A stretch of DNA of 64,000 nucleotides from Mobula hypostoma (lineage: Eukaryota): the NCBI RefSeq assembly GCF_963921235.1, contig NC_086109.1:21516001-21580000 (forward strand), in the 5' to 3' direction. Made by a program: the position numbers and the translations under genes. Below, in pieces: positions 36,340 to 46,554 of the stretch; position 1 is the first letter of the stretch; every line of letters starts with the position of its first letter. The notes beneath the pieces were generated by a model. The model was not told the origin of the DNA. It searched no databases and saw nothing but the letters and a program-made list of their open reading frames with translations.

Positions 36340-39179
36340 TTAATCCCTCAACGTGTGCATGGCGCCCGGTATGGGAGTGTCGTGTGCTGTCTGTGTAGGA
36401 CTTGGAGTGCACGGTGTCTCGTGGGTACATATATTGGTGGGTACGGGGTCAATAGTCACCACGGAGTGTTCAGGGTAGGGGCCCGGTTCTCCCGCGGGCA
36501 CCAGTTCGTGGATGGAGACCGTGTCCTCCCGCCGATCAGGTAAAACCACGTAGGCATACTGGGGATTCGCATGAAGTAAGTGAACTCTCTCGACCATCAG
36601 GGAGTATTTGTTGCTCCTCGCCTGTTTCCGGAGCAGCACTGGCCCCGGGGACGTCAGCCAAGGTGGTAGGGTGGTTCCAGTGGTCGACTTTCTGGGAAAA
36701 GAAAAGAGCCGCTCATGAGTGGTGGCATTGGTGGCCGTACATAACAGGGAGCGGATAGAGTGGAGTGCCTCGGGAAGGACCTCCTGCCAGCGGGAGACCG
36801 GCAGTCCCTTTGACCTGAGGGCTATGAGTGTGGCTTTCCACACCGTGCCATTCTCCTTCTCCTCCTGTCCATTCCCCTGGGGATTATAGCTTGTGGTCCT
36901 ACTAGTAGCAATTCCCCTAGCCAGTAGGTTTTGGTGCAGTTCATCACTCATAAATGGGGACCCTCTGTCACTGTGGATATAGCATGGGTATCCGAACAGA
37001 GTGAAGAGCTTGTGCAGGGCTTTTATAACTGACGTGGTAGTAGTGTCAGGGCAGGGGATGGCGAAGGGGAACCGCGAGTACTCGTTGATAACGTTAAGAA
37101 AGTACACATTGCAGTCGGTGGAGGGAAGGGGGCCCTTAAAGTCAACACTCAGTCGCTCAAAGGGGCGGGTGACCTTGATAAGTTGTGCCTTTTCGGGTCG
37201 GTAGAAGTGCGGTTTGCACTCTGCGCAGACTTGGCAGTCCCTGGTCATCGTCCTGATCTCCTCAAGGCAGTAAGGCAGGTTCCGGGCTTTCACGAAGTGG
37301 CAAAGATCTACATGTAGGGCGTATAGCCGGGCAATCTGCGCGCTGGTGCACATTCCCCGGGATAGGGCATCGCAGGGCTCGTTGAGCTTCCCAAGCCTGT
37401 ACATGATGTCATAGCTATAGGTGGAGAGTTCGATTCTCCACCTCAGAATTTTATCATTTTTGATTTTGCCCCGCTGTTGGTTATTAAACATGAATGCGAC
37501 TGAGCGCTGGTCAGTTAGCAGGGTGAACCTTTTGCCAGCAAGATAGTGCCTCCAGTGCCTAATAGCTTCCACTATGGCCTGGGCCTCTTTCTCCACCGCG
37601 GAGTGCCGAGTTTCAGGGCCTTGAAGAGTACAGGAGAAGAACGCTACTGGTCTTCCCGCCTGGTTGAGGGTAGCAGCCAGTGCAAAGTCGGAGGCGTCAC
37701 TCTCTACTTGGAAGGAAATGGCCTCATCCACGGCATGCATTGCTGCTTTGGCAATGTCCCCTTTTATGCGGCTGAAGGCCGCGCGGGCCTCGGCTGAGAG
37801 GAGGAATGTGGTGGACTTGATCAGGGAGCGGGCCTTGTCTGCGTAGTTAGAGACCCATTGGGCGTAATATGAAAAGAAGCCCAGGCACCTTTTGAGGGCT
37901 CTGAGGGTGTTGGGAAGAGGGAGTTCCAACAGGGGGCGCATACGGTCGGGGTCAGGGACAATCACTCCATTCTCCATGACACACCCAAGGATAGCAAGTC
38001 TCTTGTCCTTGTTATAGGTGAGATTGAAAGCTTTGGCCGTTTGGAGAAATTTTTGGAGGTTGTTGTCGTGATCCTGCCAGTCATGACCGCAGGTGGTGAT
38101 GTTATCCAGATATGGGATTGTGGCCATCAGTTGGCACTGGTCCACCATCTGGTCCATTGCCCTCTGGAAGACAGATACACCATATGTAACACCGAAGGGA
38201 ACGCGCGGGAATTGATAAAGCCTGCTGTCCGCCTAGAAGGCGGTGTAAGTGCGGTCCTCCCGGCGGATGGGGAGCTGATGGTAAGCGGATTTTAGGTCTA
38301 TGGTCGAGTACACCTTGTACTGTGCTATCTGATTGACCATATCCGCGATGCGGGGTAGAGGGTACACGTCGAGCTGCGTGAACCTATTGATGGTCTGGCT
38401 ATAGTCCACGACCATCCTATTCTTCTCCCCGTTCCGAACAACGACCACCTGCATCCTCCAAGGACTTGTGCTTGCCTCAATGACCCCCTCCCTGAGCAGC
38501 CGCTGCACCTCCGACTTAATGAAAGCTCTGTCCCCCGCGCTGTACCTCCTGCTTTTAGTTGCCACAGGTTTACAGTCGGGGGTCAGGTTGGCGAACAGTG
38601 GTGGGGGAGGAATCTTGAGGGTGGAGAGGCCGCAAGTGGCGTCGCTAGTGCGGCAGTTGGCATGGTGTTGGGTGGAATGTGTGAGTCAGTGTGTGTGTGT
38701 GTGGTCAGTAACGGGGTATGTGACGTATCCCTACAAAACTGGGGACTTATGACAGTAATTGGTGGGAGGGGCCCATTGTACTTCATTGTCACGCTTTTCA
38801 GGTGGCTCTGGAAGTCGAGCCCCAACAGCACAGGGGCACACAGTTGAGGCATGACCAGTAACGTAAAGTCTCGATATTCTGTGCCCTGCACCACTAGCGT
38901 CGCTGTACAACCCCCCCGGATGTCTGTTGTATGCGACCCGGAAGTCGTGGTGACCCTCTGATTTACAGGCCGTATCATGAGTCCACAATGCTGCACCGTG
39001 GCCGGGTGGATAAAACTCTCCGTGCTGCCTGTGTCAAACAGGCAGCCTATCCTGTGCCCCTCCACCAGGATGTCCATCATTGACCTTGCGAGCTGCTGGG
39101 GAGCGCTTTGGTCGAGGGTCACGGAAGCCAGGGTTGAGTCGCTGTCTTGGTCCAGCGCGGTGGGGTGCCCTGTGAACAC
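36340..39179 (-). pseudogene. pol: Gypsy pol (protease, RT, RNase H, integrase) in three frameshifted or stopped pieces
   Basis: 38583..39179 LFDTGSTESFI (aspartic protease); 38233..38565 SPW..RMVVDY..YPLPRI..STIDLKSAYHQL; 36340..38157 YLDN, ESDASD, EKEAQAI, LLTDQR (RNase H), H..H/CQVC, VDFKG, HSDRG, GNGQEE (DDE integrase). Confidence 0.93.
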
Positions 39180-39199
39180 CCATTGGTCGTAGGCGGTAG

Positions 39200-40060
39200 G
39201 AGGGGGCGCCGACCAAGATGACCGCCCCCATGTCTCGCACGTGGTGGCGGTGTACAGGGAAGATGGCGGCAGGCAAGATGGCGACCCCCATGTCTCGCAT
39301 ACGGCACTGCTCGATCCTGCTCGCGGTTTGGACTTACAGACCTTGGCGAAGTGGCCCTTCTTTCCGCAGCTGGAACAGGTAGCTTGTCAAGTTGGGCAGC
39401 GTTTCCAGGGATGCTTCTCCAGTCCGCAGAAGTAGCACTTCGCGGACTCACTACTGGTGGCAGCCGAGGTCGATTCGCCGACGGGTTGTGGGGTCTGCGG
39501 CGCCCATGAGGCCGTCGGGGAATCGTGTGCCTGGAGAGCCTCAGAGTTATGCAGAACAGCCTCCAGTGTGTTGGCCAGCTCGATCGCTGAACTTAAGGTA
39601 AGATCGGCTTTTTCCAGCAGCCGCTGGTGCACATACACTGACTTGGTCCCCGTGACGAAGGCATCTCTCACTAGGAGTTCTGCATGCTGCACCGCCATCA
39701 GCTCCTGGCAATTGCAGGCTCACACGAGTGTCTGTAGGGCTCGGACGAACTCTGCCCTTGATTCCCCGGGCCGTTGTTGCCGTGTCGCTAAGCGATGCCG
39801 AGCACAGACGCTGTTTATCGGCCGCAGGTATTGTCCTTTGAGGGCACTCATAGTGCTGTCGTAGTTCGGCTGGTCTCTGATCAGCGAATGAACCCGTGGA
39901 TTGACCCTGGAGAGTAGAACTCTGCGCTTCGCTACGGGGTCGGTCGCTTTAATCTCCTCTAGATACGCTTTGAAGCAGGCCAGCCAGAGGTCGAAAGCGT
40001 TTCCAGCTTCAGGCGTTTGCGGATCGAGGTCTAACTTGTCGGATCTCAGCCGTGTTCCAT
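39200..40060 (-). pseudogene. gag: Gypsy gag (disrupted) with a double Cys/His knuckle
   Basis: ATG at 40060-40058; ARHRLATRQQRPGES, LVRDAFVTG, RLLEKADLTL, CYFCGLEKHPWKRCP followed by CSSCGKKGHFAKVC, an arrangement typical of Mag-group gag. Confidence 0.85.
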
Positions 40061-40738
40061 GCTTTAAAATTTACAGCGAATAAAATTGAAGCACCTTCAA
40101 CAACTCCAAAAGACTGAAGTTGGGTAAAATACTGAAAGGCTTTTATTCGCTGTACAATATGACCTCCATGCTGAGTGTCTGCCCCTGGACTGAGGGAGAG
40201 GGGCAAGGCGAAATCAACCTTATTCAGGAATCTGTGGGAGGAGCCACAGGGGCAGTCAGCAGAGGGGCATGTCCAGATAGTTAACCCGGTTACAACATAT
40301 ATATGGTTTATCACAGGGCCCAAAACAGATCTCAATATTCCAAGTGTGCCCTGACGAATGCCTTATAAAGCCCCAGCATCACACCGTTAAGACTGAGGCT
40401 TTCCTGAGACTACAACCTCTAGTTCCAGAATTCTAGGAAGAACATCCTCAATCTGACAAACCTCTCAAAAATGACTCAGGTTTTCTTATGATACTGAAGG
40501 AAGCATTCAGCCCATCACACCTATGGTGTCTGTGAAAGCAATTCCATCAATATTATACCAGCACATCTCCCTGTAATCTATCAAGGATCAACTTTATTCA
40601 CCATATACATTTACATGTATTAGGAAGTTGCTGTGGTGTGTTGGAGTGACATGCAACAAAGAAAAGCATTCAACAATTATAAAGAATAAATAACTATGTA
40701 AAAATAAAATTAGAAGTTAAAGAATGAATATTAGATGA

Positions 40739-41428
40739 CATTAGATTATGAGAATACTCAATCCTCTTTTATTGTCATTTAGAAATGGATACGTGCATTA
40801 AGAAATGATACAATGTTTCTCCGGAGTGAAATCACAGAAAACAGGACAAACCAAAGACTAATACTGACAGAACCACATAATTATAACATATAGTTACAGC
40901 AGTGCAAAGCAATACCATAATTTGATGAAGAAAAAACATGGGCACGGTAAAAAATGTCTCAAAAGTCCCCGAGTCGATCGACTCCTGCGTCCCCGATAGC
41001 AACGGCAAAAGGGAGAAACTCCCTGCCATAAACCTCCAGGCACCGTCAACATGCCGATGCCTTGGAAGCAGCCGACCACAGCCGATACTGAGTCCATCCA
41101 TCTGAAAACTTTGAGCTTCTGACCAGCCTCTCCGATACAGCCTCCTGAGCGCCATCCTCTGCCGAGCGCCTTTGACCTAGCCCTGGCCGCTGAAACAAGC
41201 AAAGCCAAGGATTTCGGGGCCTTCTGCTCCGGAGATTCCGGTTACCACACAGTAGCAGCGGCGGCGAAGCGGGCATTTCAGAAGTTTTCCAGATGTTCCT
41301 CCATACTCTCACGTCCGTCTCCATCAAATCAGAATTGTGCACGGTACCCTACTTGACAGATAGCAGAAATTCATCACCGGAGAGGCCGTGCGCGCTGCCG
41401 TCGCGCCGCCATCTTCTCCTCCTCCTTA
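40739..41428 (-). mobile_element. Non-autonomous retroelement (GC-rich 5' end aagatggcggcg, short-repeat tail), copy 1
   Basis: Highly similar to 63557-64000; inserted into a Rex-like fragment (about 40580-41720, minus). Confidence 0.7.
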
Positions 41429-42021
41429 GCCCTATGGGCTAAAATATGCATAAATACATGAATACTAACATGTATTTACAATGCAAACAGCAGTATAAAA
41501 AGTAGTTGAAAATGTTTACAGCACAGTGCAGTGACTGAGGTAACAGATAGAGGGGGGTGGGGAGTCTAGCTAGAAGGGTTAATCAGATTGACTGTCCAGA
41601 GAAGGAAACGTTTAAGATGGCAGGATATTTTTGTTTTGTTCCTTTAATAGCCCTATAGCAATTTCCAGAAGGAAGCTTTTGGAAAAGGCAGTTTACAGGG
41701 AGGGTAGTGTCTGCAGTGACACATACACACATACCCGTTAATGTGTCCTTGATTCTCCTACCACTCACCTATGATAATGGTGGTTTAGAATTGCCATTCT
41801 AATAACTAGTAACCTTGGGCCGTGGGAGGGAGCAGAAGCAGCCAGGGGAGGAAACCCTTGGAGTTCAGGGAAGATGGTGCAAACTCTACTCATATGGCAT
41901 CAGAGCTCAGAATTGAACCTGGGTAACTGGAGCAGTGAGAAAGCTACACCATTGTAAACCCCTTGTTCTTTCAAAGTCAGCAAATTTTTAGAAAACCTGA
42001 GGCATATGAAGCAAAGCTATA

Positions 42022-42614
42022 TATGCTCGGTAGTCACTTTATTAGGTAACTCCTCTACCTGATAAAGTGGCCACAGGGGTAGAACCCGGTGTGGTCTTCT
42101 GCTGCTGTAGCCCAATCGCTTCAAGGTTCAATGCATTGCACATTCAGAGAAGCTCTTCTGCCCAGTACTGTCGTGATGCGTGATTATTTCAGCTCCTGCT
42201 GCCTTCCTGTCAGCTTGAACCAGTCTGGCCATTCTCCTCTGTGCTGTATCATTAACAAGGCATTTTCACCCACAGAACTGCTGCTCACTGGATGTTTTCT
42301 GTTTCTGGAACCATTCTCTGTAAACGCTAGAGACTGTTGTGCACAAAAGCCCCAGATGATCAGCAGGGATACCAGGAGATATGCAATCCAGGCTGAGAAC
42401 TAAACGTTGTCTGGAACCAATAATCATTTCACGGTCAAAGTCACTGAGATCACATTTCTGCCCCATTCTGATATTTGGTTTGAACAGCAACCGACCCTCC
42501 TGACCATGTCTGCATACTTTTATTGCATTGAGTTGCTGCCATATGATTGGCTGATTAGCTATTTGCCTCTACAAGCAGGTATATAGCTGTACCGCATAAA
42601 GTGGCCACTGACAG
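42022..42614 (-). mobile_element. Non-autonomous Tc1-family element, copy 4
   Basis: ORF 42266..42490 MGQKCDLSDFDREMIIGSRQ..TVSSVYREW (HTH region); TIR ataaagtggccactga at the right end and an internal copy near 42062. Confidence 0.8.
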
Positions 42615-43067
42615 TAAATGAGGCACAGCATGTTATAAGGGGCAGCTTTCTTACCCACATCTGATGTTGGAAACAGCATGAATGAACAGGCTGCTTGATA
42701 GCGACACTCAAGTGATGCATGTTGTTCTGTTTTGTTACCCCAAAATATCAAACCTATCGAACAAAAAACAGGGAGCATGGGAGATGCACGTAAACTTCGT
42801 TTTTACACTTATGATGTGACGGCATAATGACGTACGCCATTCACATACTTTTGTAATCAAGCAAAGAATGCTTAACCAAACAATATATTTACAATATTAC
42901 TCAAATATTATACGAATATTAAATACATTTCAGTCCTTTTAAATACACCTCTCTCCTCCTTGCTTCGCTAAAAACTCTAAATCAATATAGAATGCATCTC
43001 AACTTATAAATAGTACACTATATAATACAACCACTATATAGATATCTGCAGCATAGTAAATTTTAAA

Positions 43068-43195
43068 TTCAGAATCAGAATCAGGTTTATTATCACTGGC
43101 ATGTGTCGTAAAATTTGTTAACTTAGCAGCAGCAGTATAATGCAATACATGATAATATAGAAAAAAATAAGTAAACCAATTATGTGTATGTATGC

Positions 43196-43227
<32 letters not shown>

Positions 43228-43880
43228 TTTTTTAAATAGATTCAGTATAGTACAAAAACAGAAATATGTCAAAGAATATGTTGTTAAAAAAGATCACTCC
43301 CTACTTTGTACATAATTTTCTTCTTACAATAGTTCTTTCTTTTCTCTCCTTTCTATATGTGTATACCTCAGATAAATATTATGTGGAGATTTGTGACAAA
43401 TATGATTATATGATATATAGGTACAGTATCTGAAATACATCTTATGGAAATGTTTGTTTGATGATGAACTTAATAAAAAAAATTACAAAAAAAAAGAAAA
43501 TCAAAAAAAGGGAAAAAATTAGGCAGTGTTTATAGTTCAATATCCCTTTAGGAATCGTATGGCAGAGGGGAAGAAGCTGTTCCTGAATCACTGAGTGTGT
43601 GCCTCCAGGCTTCTGTACCTCCTTCCTGACAGTAACAATTAAAAGAGGGCATGCCCTGGGTGATGGGGGTCCTTAATGATGGATGCCACCTTTCTGAGAC
43701 ACTGCTCCTTGAAGATGTCGTGGGTACTACGGAGGCTAACATCCAAGATGGAACTGACAAATTTTACAAGTTTCTGTAGTTTCTTTTGGTCCTATGCAGT
43801 AGCCCCCACCCGTCCCCCCCATACCAGACGGTGATGCAGCCTGTCAGGATGCTTTCCACAGTACATCTATAGAAGTTTTC
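43068..43880 (-). mobile_element. Rex1/Babar LINE 3' fragment, itself interrupted by a poly(A)-tailed L1-like 3' end (about 43267-43500, plus)
   Basis: (ttctga)n tail on minus at 43068-43084; homologous to 59752-60630; the inner insert ends taataaaaaaaattacaaaaaaaaag. Confidence 0.65.
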
Positions 43881-44160
43881 CCATTCGGTCCTAAAGATTT
43901 AATCACCCTGGAGGATTTCTTACTCTTGTGGGATGATGTCTTTCCTGACTAGGGGTTCACTCTGCCTGGCAGGTGAGACTTCTGGTTGTGAAACAATTTC
44001 AGTTTCTGGGGCTTCCTATGTGATGGCTGTAGGAGTTGACTCTGGGTCTTCAGGAAAAGGTTCTGACATCTCTGGACACCTTTCTTCTCTGACATTTGAC
44101 TCTGTTCTCCTCAGCTGATTGATGTGTCATCTTCAGACGACATCAGACACAATCACCACT

Positions 44161-45635
44161 AAGGGTGTAGCTATGGGAACTCGCATGGGACACAGCTATT
44201 CCTGCCCCTTCGTTGGTTATGTGGAACAGTCTGTACTCCAAACCCATTCTGGTACTGCTCCCCAACTTTTCCTTCGGTACATTGACGACTACGTTGGTGC
44301 TGCTTCCTGCACCCATGCTGAGCTCGTCAATTTCATTTTCTTTACTTCAAACTTCCACCCAGCCCTCAAATTCACTTGCTCTATCTCGGACACTTCTCTC
44401 CCCTTTCTCGATGTCTCGGTCTCCATCTCTGGAGACAGACTGTCCACTGACATCTTCTACAAGCCCACTGACTCTCATAACTACCTCGAATATACCTCTT
44501 CCCACCCCACGACATGCAAAAATGCCATTCCCTATTCCCAGTTCCTCCGTCTCCGCCGCATCTGCTCTGAGGATGAGGCTTTCCATTCCAGGACATCTCA
44601 AATGTCCTCTTTCTTTAAGGATCGTGGTTTCCCTTCTACCATCATCAATGATGCCCTCACCCGCATCTCCTCCATTTCCTGCACTTCGGCCCTCAACCCA
44701 TCCTCCCGCCATCCTGACAGGGACAGAGTTCCCCTTGTCCTCACCTACCACCCCACCAGCCTCCGGATCCAGCACATTATCCTCCACAACTTCTGCCACC
44801 CTCAACAGCACCCCACCACTAAGCATACCTTTCCCTCTCCACCCCTCGCTGCTTTCTGCAGGGATCGGTCCCTCCGCGACTCCCTTATCCACACGTCCAT
44901 CCTCAGTGATCTCCTACCCGGCACTTATCCCTGTAAGTGTAAGTGCTACACCTGTCCCTACACCTCATCTCTGAACCATACAGGGCCCCAAACAGTCCTT
45001 CCAGATGAGACAACACTTCACTTGTGAGTCTGCTGGGGTCATCTATTGCATCCGGTGCTCCCGGTGCGGCCACCTCTATATCAGTGAAACCCGACGCAGA
45101 TTGGGGGACTGCTTCATCGAGCACCTCCACTCTGTCCGCCACAACAGACAGGATCTCCCGGTAGCCACCCACTTCAACTCTGCTTCACATTCCCATTCAG
45201 ATATGTCCATACATGGCCTTCTCTACTGCCATGATGAGGCTAAACTTAGGTTGGAGGAGCAACACCTCATATACCATCTAGGTAGTTTCCAACCCCTTGG
45301 TATGAACATAGAATTTTCCAACTTCCGGTAATTCCTTTCCCCTCCCTTCCTCTATCCCTATTTAACTCTACCCCCTCCCCCACCTCCCTCATGGTTCCAC
45401 CTCCTTCTTCGACTACCCATTGTTTTCAGGGCTATGACATCAATGCTTCCCCTCCCCCACCCCTTTGTCTTTCAAATTACTGGTCTTTCAACGGAAGCTA
45501 CAAGCATTCTTCAAATCCTTCACCATCTTTCATTCTTCAGTCCTGATGAAGGGTTCCGGCCCGAAACATCGACTCATCGTTTCTAACTGATGCTGCCCGA
45601 CCTGCTGAGTTCATCCAGCACACTGAAAGTGTTGC
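44161..45635 (+). mobile_element. 5'-truncated Penelope-like element (Neptune type): RT, GIY-YIG endonuclease and pLTR
   Basis: ORF 44119..45027 KGVAMGT..FLRYIDD..LPFLDV..FYKPTD..IPYSQFLRLRRICS; ORF 45005..45331 FTC..VIYCIRCSRC..LYISET..RL..EH. A 13-bp TSD cacaatc(a/t)ccact lies at 44148-44160 and 45636-45648. Confidence 0.93.
45538..45574 (+). ncRNA. Minimal type I hammerhead ribozyme motif in the Penelope pLTR
   Basis: agtc (stem I) - CTGATGA - a - gggt tccg gccc (stem II) - GAAAC - ATC - gact (stem I). Confidence 0.7.
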
Positions 45636-46157
45636 CACAATCTCCACTGTGTAGGAGAGTGGTCCAGTTCTGTCCTTAATCTTTCCAAGTATCCACTTTT
45701 GATCACCTCTATAGTCCCATGCCAAGACTGCTTGTCTAGGAGTGAAACATTGAGCCTCCTTGTTTGAGGAGCCCTTAATTTGTCTCGGGTGTTTGTCCTG
45801 CATGCTCCTTCTGAGATTGTGGTTGTGGTGATCAAAGAGTGAGCATAAGAGACGAGCCAGGAACACCATAGCTGGTGAGTTAAGGAGGAAATTGGCAAGC
45901 TTCTGATTTAGTGTCAGTGTAGAGTGTTCTGCTGATATTGCTCGCAGTGTATTTTTTAAACTCTGAACCACCCTATCCATCAAATCTTTTGTAGCTGGGT
46001 GGTACGGTGCAGATGTAATATGTCTTATTCCATTCATTTTCAGGAATGACTGAAACTGTTCCACAACAAACTGTGGTCCATTGTCACTGGCTAAGTGTTC
46101 TGGAACACCAGACCTTGAGAAAGGCTTCTCAACACATCAGCAGTGTGTGTGTGTGTG

Positions 46158-46554
46158 TGTTGCAAGGACGTGGCTGGGAATGGGAACGAACCCAAGTGCA
46201 GGACACAGGGGCTGAGACAGGTCATTGGGCGTTAGCACCACCATAGCGAGCGTGGAGTTGGTTTCCAGGAGAGTCTTTACCCGAAGTCTTGGGTTTGGAG
46301 AGAATCCAGGAGCAATGCTAGACTTAGAACTGACAGTCCTAAGAACCATGAAACGAGGTTACTCACACCAGAGTCGACCAACGAACTGGCAGCTCCTTGT
46401 TGTGATCATAGGGTCTTTCTCCTGCATTTTCTGATGGAAAGCAGGTGTGTGTAGTTAGTGGAACCTGAGAATGATTGGATATTTAACGAGGGGATTGAGG
46501 CCCAATTCCTGAGGTAAATAGCAAGATGGGGGATTGCCAGAAAGGACCATGACA
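46158..46554. mobile_element. Solo LTR inserted in the old Gypsy integrase
   Basis: tgttgc...atgaca; gtgtg on both sides (left side expanded to (GT)n); integrase homology resumes at 46555. Confidence 0.65.

Larger units (their letters stand above)
35919..40315 (-). mobile_element. Full-length Gypsy/Ty3 LTR retrotransposon (Mag-like, no env, no chromodomain seen)
   Basis: LTRs at 35919-36146 and 40087-40315 (TG...CA, roughly 93-94% identical by manual count); TSD gggcc at 35914-35918 and 40316-40320; PPT aaaaaaggagaggtgaa (minus) at 36147-36163; gag-PR-RT-RH-IN order. Confidence 0.96.
35430..40380 (-). mobile_element. CR1 3' fragment (35430-35918 and 40321-40380) split by the Gypsy insertion
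   Basis: Reverse complement of a CR1 3' end; ...tttagtttaggggcc continues as caaaacagatctcaatattcc after the element. Confidence 0.75.

Noticed and set aside
35975..36430. Possible env or extra ORF between integrase and the 3' LTR of the young Gypsy
   Set aside because: Short, with no signal peptide or transmembrane segment. It looks like the frameshifted integrase tail (PVLRRSQR motif) reading into the LTR.
44213..44974. 253-aa Ser/Pro-rich ORF and antisense ORFs overlapping the Penelope, RTE and Gypsy genes
   Set aside because: Alternative-frame shadows of C-rich TE coding sequence with no independent motifs.
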